Source: Octopus vulgaris
Taxonomy: Eukaryota
Reading direction: 5' to 3'
Length of the DNA: 64,000 nt
NCBI GenBank assembly: GCA_951406725.2
Contig: OX597814.1
Coordinates: forward strand, 210,552,001-210,616,000
Shown here one piece after another: positions 14,202 through 28,575 of this stretch. Position 1 is the first letter of the stretch; each line of letters starts with the position of its first letter. The translations under genes and the position numbers were made by a program. A model generated the notes under the pieces. It worked only from the letters and a program-made list of their open reading frames with translations. It was not told the origin of the DNA and made no database searches.

Positions 14202-14430
14202 GGCGGCGTGCTGGCAGGAACATTAGCACGCCGGGCGAACTGCTTAGCGGTATTTCGTCTGCGTTACGTCGTGAGTTCGAATTCCGCCGAGGTCGACTTT
14301 GCTTTTCATCCTTTCGGGGTCGATAAATTAAGTACCAGTTACGCACTGGGGTCGATATAAGCGACTTAATACCTATGTCTGTCCTTGTTTGTCCCCTCTG
14401 TGTTTAGCCCCTTGTGGGTAATAAAGAAAT
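14202..14430 (+). mobile_element. Young full-length SINE family 1 with 16-bp TSD
   Basis: TSD AGGTATGTGGTACTGA at 14173-14188 and 14431-14446; nearly identical to the copy at 35406-35635. Confidence 0.93.
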
Positions 14431-15361
14431 AGGTATGTGGTACTGAGCAGAAATAGTGATAATTATAGAATGAGATGCGGATTTTAGATTGTGGCCTATC
14501 TTTTATACCAAGACAAAACAATGTACATGATAACACTTCCAACCAGTTCAGATCGGATGCCATGATCGGCACTGCTTGATACTGCATCAGGTTATTATTA
14601 TTTGTATAATTATCACTCTCATTATTAGTTTTGTTTTTGTTATACTCATTATTTCTTTAAGTTATTATAATAATTCTGTGTACTTCGAAACAGAAGATTG
14701 TATGTGTCTGTTTTTCGAATGTAACTAGGTAACTGCGGGTATATTCCTTTTCACTGTCTAATGCTAGATAATATTTTCGTTTTATTATGCAGTTTGGCAA
14801 AATTATTTTGAGTCAAATAATTTGTGAATAACGTACAATATGCACATATAGCCATCCAGCTAGAATCCACTGCCGCTCCTATTTGAACGGAATGTGACAT
14901 GGCCGTTGCTGAAACGAAGCATAAACAGACACACAGATTTATATTGTACCTCTGGTCATAATGAACAGCAACAACAATAACAACAAACCTAACGTATTCT
15001 TCATCACCGACAAAAATTGAAGCAACAAAACCAGCAAAATGAGAACTACTATAAGAAAGGCATCAACACACCAGTACTAACTACAACAACTAAATTCAAA
15101 ATCATCTCATTCTTTTTCAAGAATTTTCAGTAAAAGTAATGGGTATTTCTGGCTCACGAATTATTTTAGTCTTGACTTTCCTACCATTGGACTTATCTGA
15201 ATTTCTGAGGTGAAATGTCAATTAGCAGCTAAAGATAGCATACTGGAGGTTCTTTTGTTAGCTACGTAAGTTGCGATGAATTCTCTCGCTCGTTCATGAT
15301 CGTCGATAAATCTTTTCGCTTCGGATTGTACTAATTTGCAGGACATCATTGTAACTTTATA

Positions 15362-16109
15362 CGAGGGGCGTTCAATAAGTAATGACTCTGACCCACTTGC
15401 CGTTGTTTGATCTAGCTGAAATGTTGCGTGTGCAATCATTTATATTTATATAGATTACGTGGCAAATCACAGCTCCGAACTAATTGTGGTTTCTGATTTA
15501 CAGGTGTTTGAAATGAGTCAAGTGGGAAATGGAGCCTGTTGAGTGTCGAGCAGTGATCCGGTTTTTGTATTTGAAATGACGCACACCACAGGAGACTTTT
15601 GATGGAATGAAAGTAACTTATGGTGATGATGCCCCATCATATGACCTTGTAAAACGCTGGCATCGTGAATTCAAACATGGTCGGAACTCTGTGGAAACAG
15701 CTCCCAGATCTGGTCGCACCCTTCTGCCATTGATGAGACATCTGTCCGTCAAGTTGAGGCTGCCATTTTGAAAGATCGACGCATAACGTGCGGCTATGAA
15801 GTCTTCCCCCATCCCCCTACTCTCCTGACCTTGCACCCTCTGATTTTCACCTCTTCTCAGCCATGAAGTTGTTTTTGAAAGGAAAGCGTTTCCCAGATGA
15901 TGCAGCCTTGATTTCTGAAGTCACGTCGTGGTTGGAGGTCCAAGCTGGGGTCTTCTACGAAAACGGTCTCCAGAGCTGCATCAAACGATGGGAGAAATGC
16001 GTAACACTGGGTTGTTCCTATGTAGAAAAAGACTAATAACTATGCCAAGTTTTGTTGCTCTACTGCTATGGGAAGTGGATCAGGGGCATTACTTATTGAA
16101 CGCTCCTCG
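15362..16109 (+). mobile_element. Internally deleted mariner transposon (DD34D type)
   Basis: TA TSD; ~39-bp TIRs CGAGG(G/A)GCGTTCAATAAGTAATG; transposase start at 15529 MEPVECRAVIRFLYLK*..VKRWHREFKHGR..PRSGR joined to HPP(Y)SPDLAPSDFHLF..KRWEKCV..YVEKD*; central catalytic region deleted near 15788. Confidence 0.95.
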
Positions 16110-17252
16110 TATATCAGCCTTTATACAGGGCAACTACATGTTAATATTTTCTCTTCCCCAGTCGTAATGAAATTGAACTTTTCCTCCGTTGGGTGCAGTT
16201 GCATAAAATGGCTAAAGTTTATGAAGATGTTGGACTATATGGTCGTTAGTGCTTGAATGCTGTATTTAGCAGTAAAGCGTTCACTAAATAGTTTTGGAGA
16301 TCAACTGAGGTTATTGCCTCTGCTCAAGCTTTTAATTTGAAGTCAACTGGTTGAACTACATTTATATTTAAAACTTGATTCCACAATATTGAGCACTATA
16401 AAGAACAGGCGATCAATCTTACCACACTAAGGACACCGGAACAAACTTTCGTCGTTTAGGTTTTAGACAGCTAGTTTATCCCTTCTATATCCTTTCTCGT
16501 CCATAATCGACACGCCCACTTAATCCTAGATCATATGTAACCCGTTGTAGCTGGGAGTAGCAGCAACATTTGCTACTCAAGCAAAACTGTTGAATGTAAC
16601 ACAATGCTCGCTATCACTCGCTTTATTCATTGTGACTCCATAAAATTAGTGCCTCAGTTTCCTTCATTTCTGTCCTTCCATTACCTTAATAGGAGCCGAG
16701 CAACTGTTTGGGACATAGACTTTTGGTCTTTCAACATAATAAAAATGCTATACGGCTGTACATTACATAAAATGTGTACTAACGTTTCATAATCGTGTCA
16801 GCAATCATACTTTCCCACAATTACATATTTATATCAAGTGAAACCAATTAGAACTAAAAGAAACACACTTATGCAAGTAGGAAAAGTGCTTTTGTATTTC
16901 CAAAAGACAGTCAAGACTTACATCTTAAGGTACTATCATAAAAATACAGAATTCAGCCGTCTTTAGTAATTTTATTGGCATTAAACAGCGAACTGACATT
17001 CTGTAACGCATTGAATACAGATATTTAGTGGACATAGATTTAATGCGTTTTAATTTTTCGAGAGCGGTTAGTAAGCAAGTAGATTTTGAACCATTTATAA
17101 ATATGATGAATGTCAAGTTAAATTTATTAAAATGTATTCTGAGATACATAAGTAAACAAACACGGTATATTACCGTTATCTGTCGAAAAGCTTGTAAACC
17201 AGAGCCCATCTTTAGATAGCTTCGACCTTTATTATTCATTGTTGATGTAAAT

Positions 17253-17509
17253 TGGCGAGCTGGCAGGAGCTATACATTTTGAGTTTAAATGACTCCGGGT
17301 CGAAGTTGTTATTCATCCTTTCAGGATCGATAATATAAGTACTAGTTGAACATTGGCCTCGACGCAGACGAAATTGCTAGCCCAGTACGAAAACTTGAAA
17401 CCGATAATTATAGGTGACGTTATGGCAGCGAGATAGCAGCATCCTTAAACCCGGGCAAAATACTCAGCGATAATTCGTCTGTTTACGTTTCATCTTTTTA
17501 TATAAATAT

Positions 17510-17572
<63 letters not shown>

Positions 17573-18210
17573 GAGAGTTGGTTCAATCATAGAAGTACTG
17601 AAATAAATTTCAGTTTTTGTTTTCAATATATTGTGAAAGTGTTATGGTTACGTTATTTACAATACATCGTAATGATACATACATATATACGCACACATAC
17701 GTATATACATACATATGTGCATGTGTGTGACGATAGATATATAATTATTTAAAAGTTATGCCATATATCATTCTAAGCACAAGCGATATTTTGTGTATGT
17801 GTAATTAGCGACGTTTCATCCGGTTTTTTTAATGTTCTGACTTCAAATTCGCCCGTGGTTGACTTTGCTTTTCATAATTTCGGTTTAGAAACAAATAGTA
17901 CCAGTTGAATCACGGGATCAGCGTCATCGACTTATCCCCTCCTCACAAAATGCTTCCTTATTACCAAAATTTGAAACCAATATTTATCGGTGACGTTGAT
18001 GCCGCGAGCTAGCAGCAACTAAAGCACACTCGGTATAATGCTTAGCGGTATTTTGTCCGCCTTTGCCTTTTGAATTCAAATCCCAGAGCTGTAGACTCCC
18101 TTTCATACTTCCTTTCGGGGATGCTAAGTATCTCTAGAACACTGGGGTCGATAAACAGCAATTATTACTTTCTCTTATAATTGCTGGTCTTGAGGCAAAG
18201 TTTGAAGTTG
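17253..18210 (+). mobile_element. Several old, degenerate SINE family 1 copies
   Basis: GGCGAGCTGGCAG (17254), TTCATCCTTTCAGGATCGATAA, GACTTTGCTTTTCAT (17861), GCGAGCTAGCAG..TGCTTAGCGGTATTT (18004-18053), interrupted by TA tracts. Confidence 0.7.
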
Positions 18211-20021
18211 TCTTTATAGCTAATGTCATATGCAATTGTAGTTTTCTCAGGGGCTACACTATTTACAATATATTTCTTGTTTATAATAATATATAGCATG
18301 TTATTTACCTAATATATATTTGTCGACGAACATATACATACATATACATACATATACATATGTACATACATAGAGACAGACACACACGCAGGTATATATA
18401 CATATATATATATATGTGTGTAAGTGTGTGTGTGTGTGTGTGTAAGTGTGTGTGTGCGTATATTTATCTACCTATCTATCTATCTATCTACATATATATA
18501 TATATATATACACACGATATTTTAGCAGACATAATAGTGCCATATCATAAGTAATGTAATCGTATAATGTTACACAATATATTGACATAAAAACTGAAAG
18601 TTATTTTACTTCCTCTATGTAGGAATCTGCATAGAGGATATATATCATTATATAAACATCACAACCTATATTCGATGAATATATGGAACGTTATTAATTT
18701 TAGAATGACTGATACGTGAAGAAAATATCAAACAAGCGATCTAGACATTCTATTGAATATCAAGAAGAACAGAAAAAAATAGGTAGCGAGCAGAAATAGT
18801 ATAGAAGTATAAAAAGTTGGAGATAAAACAAAGTGTGAAACTTTGCCATGTAGTTTTCGATAACAAGATATTATCATAGATATAGTTTTCTTTTACCTGA
18901 CAATGTTGTCTATTATGTAGAAACCAGGACTTACCTGCAAAGAAAAGAATAGAAAGCAAACGAAATTACCTTAAATGTATTACCTTATTGAATAACATAG
19001 AAATCGAATAACATCATTATAAACAAACATAAGAATAAAGAAACACTGAAGTACATGAAAAATATACATATATGTCTATATACATGCATGTATATATACA
19101 CAAATATTTAAAATACACAAATATCCATGTATAAGTTTGAATATGAATCTGCTATAGATATAACTATATATATATAGCATATGTATGCGCATATGTATTC
19201 ACACACAAATACACACACACACACACAAACACATAAACACAAACTCTTAAACACACACACATACACATACATACACACACATACACAGACGTATATATAT
19301 ATATATGTATATATATGCATATAACTTTATTAGGAAAAAAGCAATATATTTATGGATATAATTCTGTTTTACCTCTATATTAATTCTTACCTACACCGAG
19401 TGTCTACAATCATTTAGCTGTATTGTTAACTCATATATTGTTGTATATATATATAATTATAAACAGGCTACCTGAAGTTCGCGCAGAAATATCTTGATAA
19501 ATACAAGTAAATTTTAGAATTAGATACTCTTGCATTTGCCGACATTCGTTCACCTGTATATACGCTCACATACTAAATTTTTACCTAAAGTCAATATTGG
19601 TGCATAGTAATCATATCTAGTTAACAGCAAAGCTCATATGTAACTGGAATAAGTCATGAACATTGTATCATCTCATACGGGAGGAATTGATGCATATATA
19701 ATTTTATATACATACATACAAACAATTCATATATATATATATGCAAGATTAGTGACCGTCGTAAAAATGTTGGATGTTCGCTACGATTCATCGTCATATA
19801 ATAATTCAAAGCTATATATGGTTTTAGGAAATCATATCGTAACGTCTTGCAAACATTTTCTGTAAGAGTTTTTGAACATTATATCAGGCTGTTAGCTTTC
19901 TTTATGCTAAACACGAATGGTACTTGTTTTCAGAATAGTGAAATAATTGATGAACGACATATTTATGAACCAATATAATTTGGGGGCCTGTCATGTCCTT
20001 ACATTCAAATTTGTGTCGTAA

Positions 20022-20535
20022 TCTTTATATATAAAACTGTAGTTGTGTGAGTGTCGGTCCCCTTCGATTTAGATTCCTAACTACTCCCACATTTTGCGGT
20101 GCAGTTTAACCAAAAGCGGGTATCTTATAGTCGTGATTCATATCGAGCCTGTCTGAGTATTAGCGCGCGTCTACGATGAGTCTACGATTTTAAAAATAAT
20201 TTAACATCATTTTTTATTCCATTTTAATGCATAATTTTTCGTGTGTCGATGGCGGCGGAGTTGGCGTCCATGGTCACACCTGCACCTGTTTGTTTCTCCC
20301 CCCTTCTTCCCTCCCTCGTGAAGCTGTGGGGAAGGGAGTGTAAGGAAATCAACGTCGTAAAGCGTTGTCAAGGAGACCAGCGTTCTTTTAGAACAACGAC
20401 TTCATGGCTTGAAGACACTAAAACAGAAATGGCTAAGAGAGCCCGAATTGGCATCTATAAGGGAAGTAACTCTCTAAAAATGCTTATATAGTTATTTCCC
20501 TTACAAACCCGAGCAACGCCGGGCGATACTGCTAG
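20022..20535 (+). mobile_element. Non-autonomous Helitron, both ends intact
   Basis: Inserted between A and T; 5' TC(TTTATATATAAAA); subterminal hairpin CCCGAGCAACGCCGGG (20508-20523); 3' CTAG; no TSD. Confidence 0.85.
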
Positions 20536-21945
20536 TATTTAATAAGAATTAGAAGTGCTTTCAAACAAAGAAAGTGATATGATAATTCGCGATATACAAA
20601 CGTCTGTAAATCGAACAAGAAAAGTACGTAATATCTTGTAATATCTCCTAATATTTAAGCATTGAAATAATATGCTTTCCAGAGAGAGAGAGTCTTATTT
20701 CTTTCATAGAAAAAACAAGTCAAGTCCATAGAAATCCCTTCATAAAATCGCACACAAAGACACCTACATATATGCAAATTTCCACCAAGGCATATGCAAA
20801 TACATACCTTGCCTCCACTCACACGCAAACATACGTACATATACATGCACCTACCTATCTCCCACTCTGTCTATTCTCATTCTCTTGACATACGCATTGG
20901 CTTCATCAGCAGCAGTTCATAGACACTAGATTCATGTATTCAAATGTCCAGATTTCCGCTCTAAATGAAATTATAGCTGCATAGTAACTTATAATGATGG
21001 TTGCTACATAAAACAAGACAATTATGGCTTGATTTGGGAAAGGAAAGGAGAGGAGTGTAACGCCCTGGGTCAATCTTAAAAAAAATATCATACAACTTAA
21101 ATGGCCACCCCATGGATAGATTCAGAAAACTTTTGATTGACATGTTTAGTGTGTTTGAAAGAATGGCGTTTGAATGAAACATACAGAGAAATTTTCTTCC
21201 TATATGACTACTGTAGATAATTAAATATATAAAAATCTAATAGCACACCACCGGGATAAATTTGCGAACCTGCATATTTTATATATATATATATATATAT
21301 ATAAATCATAATTGGACAGCGTACAAATGGGGGTTATGTAAGAGTTGATAAGTCCAGCAGCTGCTCAACATCGTTCTTCCCCATCTTGTAATTTACTCTG
21401 TCGCCCGTATCCTAGGTAAAATTGATCTATTAATATAAATTTCTATATATTTATATATTTTGAATATTAATCGTCTTCATTTTCGCTTTTGCATGTACGC
21501 ATTCAGACATACATACATAAATACATACATAAACACACGCACATACATACAGAGATAAACACACACGCACACACACAAATATGTCTAAAGCCTAAGCTGA
21601 CATATTTAATTTGTTTATCTACACACACACGTATATGGGTTGGTGCAAGTACGATGTAAATACATATACACACACACACATATGAAACTCGCTGCAGTAT
21701 GAACTAAAATGTAAGATCTTTGCCATGTTGACCGAGGATTGATTGATCTAATGTTCATTATTTCCATTCGGGTTGCATATTATAAACTACAGGTACCAAT
21801 ATTATGATAGATTTCCGAGGCCCCAGGAAGAGTTATTGGACTACTAACAATATAGAATAGTACTAACATCTCTATTCCACCCATTTAATATTCTCTGTCG
21901 TTTGGCATATCTCTCTGTGTATATGTATACATGTACATATGCATG

Positions 21946-22047
<102 letters not shown>

Positions 22048-22430
22048 TGCGTGCCTGTGAATGTGTATACATTCATATATACACATATATATGCATACAT
22101 ACACACATGCATAATAAATGATTCTCTCTATGTTCATTTATAATAAAACCAATTTTACAAGTATCTCATTGGTGATTGTATAGTTTTCGGCCAGGCTAGC
22201 CATTATTGGCTTAACTGATCGAAATTTCGATGGCACTGTCAATATTATTCTTCCTTAACAATAATATATCTGTAATTGAAGAAACTGTCGTCAACAGGAA
22301 GGAGTCCGGTTGCACATTTATTTCTACTTATTGCAACTGTGTTATTGTAGGGTAATTAAACACTTGAATTTCACAATGGTTGACGTAAGAATGTGTTCTG
22401 TATATACATATATACTTATATCTGTATATA

Positions 22431-23205
22431 CAGGATGCGACGAGTATTTGAGCACAGTTTTGATATACAATACAACAACTATATTTCAGCATCAATAAAT
22501 ATGTATCTGAATAAATATTTGTGCAATTAGTATTGATAATGATTTTTTAAATCGAATTATTCTATGAAACCGTCTTTGGCTTCGATGACCGAACCCGGTG
22601 GCACGCTGACACTATAAAGTCCTTTTTCATTTCAGACATTACCTGGACAATGACGGCCTTCAGTGAAGCTATGGGTTGATAAGGATGACGACTAGTCTCC
22701 CTTCCAACAACACTCCACAAGTAGTAGTCCATGGGTTTCAAATCTTTAGAGTTTGGAGGTCACATATTGGGTGTTACATAATCGAAAACTTGTCTGGCAA
22801 TCATTCTTGGGTGACTGGGGCTTTGTGAGAAGGGGCTGAGTCTTGTTGAAACACGTATGACCTTCCATTGCATACTTCATTAATCCAGGGCTTGATAGCA
22901 GTTTCCAGATCCTCTGTGTATCCAGCAGCATTAACTCTAAAATACCGGGGAAAAAAAGGGGGCGGCATCACATGACCTTCCGTACGCACCAATCATAAAC
23001 CCATCGCAGCTGGTAGAAATTTCGTCTGCATCACTCTGGGTATTTCAGAAGTATCTGCACATAACCACCTGTCATTTCTTTTGTTAAACATTTGGTCCTG
23101 GTCGAAGATTTTTTTCATCAGAGGAAAACCAAAGTATGCCTTGTTGATGAAGGTTTTTCACTTTGTTAAGTAACCGTTTTGAAAGGATGAGACTGTTTTC
23201 CTGTG
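22431..23205 (-). mobile_element. Tc1/mariner transposase relic, maT (DD37D)-like, 3' half with one TIR
   Basis: WFSSDEK..NKRNDRWL..GHVMPP..RVNAAGY..KPWI..YVFQQDSAPSHKA..DLKPMDYYLWSVV; end TA|CAGGATGCGAC at 22431. Confidence 0.85.
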
Positions 23206-23246
23206 TCTTTGCAGATAAGAATTGATATAGATATAGATAGATAATC

Positions 23247-23361
<115 letters not shown>

Positions 23362-23387
23362 TGTGTATGTATGTATATGTATATAGC

Positions 23388-23722
23388 GGAGGTGCAATCC
23401 AGTGGTTAGGGCAGCTAACACGCAGTTGTAGGATCGCGGTTACGATTCCCAGACGGGGCGTTGCGAGTGTTTATTGAGCGAAAACATGTAAAGCTCCACA
23501 TGGCTGTAGTCTTTCACCACAACTTTCACTCTCTCTTCCTATTTCTCTTGTTCCTGTATTTCAAAGAGCCAGCCATGTCACACTCTCTGTCACGCTGAAA
23601 CACCCCGAGAACGTTAAGGTTACATGTGTATGTGGAATGCTCAATCACGTTGATTTCAGGAGCAGCCTGTTCCGTTGATCGGATCAACTGGGACCCTCGT
23701 CGTCTTAACCGACGGAGTGCTA
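23388..23722 (+). mobile_element. tRNA-derived SINE family 3
   Basis: AGTGGTTAGGGCAG..GGTTACGATTCCC head; body GTTTATTGAGCGAAAACA..GGATCAACTGGGACCCTCGTCGTC..ACCGACGGAGTGC shared with 59140-59505. Confidence 0.85.
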
Positions 23723-23820
23723 CGACGGCGACATTTATATATACATGTATATATGTATGCATATTTATATGTAAATATATGTTTGTAGAAGTATATATAT
23801 CTATATATATATATGTATAT

Positions 23821-24090
23821 ATAACGGGAAGCTTTATGAAAATAAACAAAAGACGAAGGCAGGTGGAAAACAAACGAACAATTGTATTAGTATGGCGCTC
23901 AGGAAATATAAATAAAACAAGTCTTTAACGTTTCGAGCCTACGCTCTTCAACAGAAAGATACACAGAGAGAGAAAAACACAGAAAGAAGGAGAGAAAAAA
24001 AGGAGAGAAAAAAAGAGAGAAAAAAAAGGAGAGAAAAAAAGAGAGAAAAAAAAATGCGTGCAGTAGCTAACGAATCAACATGGCGATCTG
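23821..24090 (-). mobile_element. Short Penelope-derived (pLTR-like) element with hammerhead-like motif
   Basis: Minus strand TTGAAGAGCGTAGGCTCGAAACGTTA (~23926-23951); a related copy lies in opposite orientation at 54940-55128; flanked by TA tracts. Confidence 0.55.
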
Positions 24091-26384
24091 TATATATAGC
24101 TGCATATATATATATATATATATAGGCATATATGTATATATATATATGTGTGTGTATGTGTATCTATGTGTGTAAGTGTGTATGTGTATGTATGTGTATG
24201 TATGTGTGTATGTGTGTATGTGTGAATGTGTATATGTGTGTGTGTATGTGTGTGTATGCATGCAAATTAATATCGATGAAACAAAGAATAATAATGGTTC
24301 GCAACTTAATTGTTTAATTAGGAAAATATAGAAATGTGAAATGCCTTCTCAAATTTATAAATTTGAAATAAACATAGAAGGAATAAATAGCAATTTTCCA
24401 GTCGGCAGTCAAACAATTAACGTTATTATTTATGTTTGTAAAATATTCTGAAATTATGCATGCATCATTTTCCCTTTAGATTGTGAAAACTGGAAACTTC
24501 TTTTGCTATATTTTAAATTATATACACAAATATATGTAAATTGGCCAACTGTTGTCTTTCATCAGTAATTAGAACTTTTAAATTGTATGAAAAATTCTCA
24601 CGTCAACCATTTTGAAATTCAAATCCGTAATTATCCTACATCAACAAAAATTCTTCCAAGTTTATGTGCGTCACTAAATCGTATATGTGATACTCTTAAA
24701 ACTTATCTCCATGCGGATTGGATAAATCGCACCGGATTAACGTCCACTCATTTAAGCTTACAGTGTCCTCGAATAGTTCAGAAACATTCAGAGAAAAAGT
24801 AACTGTACATGATTTGTCCTGTACATTTCGACCGAGAATAGCAACAATGTATTTGCGAATATTATATTTTGCCCGTTATATTTCACTAAATACTCTTCTC
24901 AATCCGATATCTTTATACGATTGATAAAGTTAACGCATTGATAAAGTTGAAGCATTGATAAATTTAAAGAATTAAGCAAAAAGTGTGTCTCGAGTTGTCT
25001 GTGCATGACGTTAAAACACATTAAAGCCTTATCTACACGACAAGCTGAACTATTAATACAAATTATCGTTTACCCGTCACTGAATATCATGAACATTTAA
25101 AAGTAATTCTCTTTACCCATAACCCTCTTATGAAAAATTCATGACGTTTTATTTTACATAATTTATACAATAAATCGAAATTTTATGAAGTGCAATATCA
25201 TGAAATATTCTTCACAGAATGTTTTAATATCAAAATTTCTTGCCCTATAGGTCATAATTTTCTCAATAAAATATTTACCGATGTTTGTCCTTGTTTTAAA
25301 AACGGATGTTAAAGCAATTGCAATAGTAATTAATTATAATTTGCTATGCATGTAGAATAAGTAACAGAGAGAAAGAAAATTAAGTAGTGGGAGTGATTCG
25401 ACTAAAGTACTTGAAAGTGCTGCTCGAAAATGGTTAGTAGCGGCGCGTTTTTCATTGGTTAAACGACAAAAGAGGGATCTATGCGCTAATGATTAAAATA
25501 AGAAAAGGATAATAGATGAAAGATAAACGGAATGCATAATCGTATAACTTTAATATGCTATAATTCTGACCCTGAATCGTAATGTAATATTATCATAATA
25601 ATCTTAATATTAACAACAGCAATAATATTTAGGAGAGTGGTGATGGTGTGGAAGACGATAATGATGATGTTGTTCATGGCGGTAGTGGTAGGGGTGGCTT
25701 TGGCGGTTTTCGTGATGAGAATTGTTATAATTCTGATGTCGACAAAGACGACGACTAAGGCGATGGCAGTGATGACGGCGACGACGACGACGGCGACCGA
25801 GGCGATGACGATGGTGATGATGGTATCTTTTCAGTAAAAGGGAATAGAAATAATTCACATGAATGTTATTATTGATACTACTGAGCGAGGGCATTCTCCT
25901 TTGGCATAATTGAGAGTACGTCATCAGAAGTGAAAACATAATTTGATCTCTGTTATGCTTCCATTAGAAGGAACACAATCTAACGTTGCAGGCAATCAGC
26001 TACATCGGGATCGTTTCTATGAGAATTTGAATACACGAAACGTTAGATTTTTTCTACTCACGGCTACAAACTCATCTTGAATTATGTATTTCTTTATTTC
26101 TCGTCTAAAATATTTGAATAAAAATAAATTATTGCACTTGTTTACTGAATATGATACACATAATGATTGAAAACTTAGTAAGAAAGTGCATGAAAGAATT
26201 ACTATAAAATACATATTAAATATTCAAATATAATTAATACTATTTCAGTAACATTAAGACTATTAAGTAAATAGTAATATAATATGTGAATGCTTTCCTG
26301 TGTGTTCTTTATAAAAGTTATGTATTTTATAAAAGTTACGTATTTTAAATGTAAAAACTTCGAATCATATAAAAATATTTATGA

Positions 26385-26805
26385 TCTGATAAGATAGGTA
26401 GTCCATCGTTGTTTGATGGCGACAAAATCTGTAATCTCAGCAATGTATCGCATGCGACTCCGCAGTCCTAAGTGGGAAGCACAGAGTCCCACACAAATAC
26501 CACAGCGATAGTCTGTAGACTGGATTGAGGCGGATATTACCCTGTGCCACCATTTTCTTTCAGCATTGAGACGCTGTAGCCAGTCCTCTTGATGGTAGCT
26601 GCTTCTCATGAGGCGAGAGATCTACAGGCTGTACTACCTGCGGAAGAAGATTCGAGTTTGTGTGGGCAAATGATGCTCCGTCCGTTTGAGGTTACTTTTC
26701 AGATAGTGTGCGTACCTCAGTTTAGGTCTTCATTAGTTTGCGTGAGCCCTACAAGAGCTCGTTGTACAACAGATGTCTGGGTACATGGTTGGCAGTTGTA
26801 CTATT
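26385..26805 (-). mobile_element. RTE-like LINE 3' fragment
   Basis: RPKLRY..LKSNLK then C-terminal CGICVGLCASHLGLRSRMR zinc-finger-like end typical of RTE ORFs. Confidence 0.65.
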
Positions 26806-26997
26806 ATACTGAAAAATAGTAAATATTCCCTATATTTTTTGAGTAAATTTTCTCAACATAAGCGCCGCTAGTGTTTTGTAAACATCGCATCCTCGCCAGA
26901 AAAAAGAACGTAAGAAAAAAGCTGGCATGATGTGTGGTAGCGCGAGGAGACTGATTCCCTGAAACCGCCCTGGTCTTTTATCAACCGGTGCTTTGAG

Positions 26998-27078
<81 letters not shown>

Positions 27079-27083
27079 GTATG

Positions 27084-27119
<36 letters not shown>

Positions 27120-28062
27120 TCATATTGATATGACAGGAGTGCACTCCAACCGAGGTTGCATAAGACCTAGTGTCGGAGGTCATGGCGTCGTGCTCTGATG
27201 ACTGGTGACATAATGGCTGACAAGTTTATTGAATATTATTATTTCCCACATTAAAAGCTTCACAAATATCAGTGCAAATATGAGATAATCTCTATAAGCC
27301 GAATTTTCTTCCATTCATAACAACTTTAGTTAATGCAAACACGTTACACCCTCCACACATACACACATAAACTGACATTTATTCGTATGGTCAGCCATAA
27401 AATCTAAAGCCATTAGAAGGCATATGGTATGTGAATAGCAAGAAGGGCGCAGAGGAGGTGAAAAGAATATATGAGAAGTTTAGGAGGAGTAAGCAATGTA
27501 GTTCGGTGTACGTGTACCAGGTGTGCGATGGACTGTTGTGTTGAACTGTAATTTAAAAAATCAGTTGTATGTCCAACAAGTTGGTATTTGCTTAATTCAT
27601 ATTTTTAATATTTGGCGTTGTAAAAGCTGGGTTTTTCTTTATCTCTCAAATTATACTTATATGCAAGCACTGGCACACCCACATACGCACACATACACTC
27701 AAGCAAACACATGCATACATACATTCATATTTATAAAAACGCTCAGATATGCTCTTCGTATGTTGAGTAATGTTCTTCGATAAAACACATGCACTTAATA
27801 GCTTCATGTCAAAAGTACATACACCCTCCTCACACTTATGTGCTCATATGTGTGTGTATGTGTGTGTATTTGTGAAACTCGTACATCCGTTTGCTTTTCA
27901 TATTAAATTACCTTTATTTCTAATTAGGAGAGACGTCTTCTCAAACGAGTTAAGATATGTTTTTTTATCAATTGAGTCATGGATATAACCACAATGATTT
28001 ACAATAATAACGTATTCTTAAACATTCACTCGTACTTTCGGTAATTGCAGAATTCATTTCAC

Positions 28063-28142
<80 letters not shown>

Positions 28143-28143
28143 C

Positions 28144-28225
<82 letters not shown>

Positions 28226-28249
28226 TTATGTATGTATATGTATTGTGAA

Positions 28250-28575
28250 ATGGTGAAGGTGCGTGAGTATGTGGTTAGGGTATTTGGCTCAGGGTCATAA
28301 TGTCGTGAGTTCGATACTCGCCGGAGAGCTGTCCTTGCGCAAAATATTTTACTTCCTAGTTCTCCAGTCAATCCAGCTGACAAGAATGATATATATACCT
28401 GTAATTCAATTGGCCAGATCAATCGCATTCTATGTCATGCTGATTCTTCCTCAGAACTAAGTTAGCGGTGCACGTGTCTATGGAATGCTCAGTTACATGC
28501 ACCTTAATTTCACGAGCAGGCTGTGCGGTTTTTCGCTTCAATTTGAACTCTCATCGACCTAACCAACGGACTGCG
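28250..28575 (+). mobile_element. Degenerate SINE (family 3-related)
   Basis: GTGGTTAGGGTATTTGGCTC..GAGTTCGATACTC head; CACGTGTCTATGGAATGCTCAG..TTAATTTCACGAGCAGGCTG tail. Confidence 0.7.

Noticed and set aside
25610-25939. His/Arg-rich or Met/Thr-rich ORFs
   Set aside because: Decayed (GAT/GAC/GGT)n trinucleotide low-complexity sequence.
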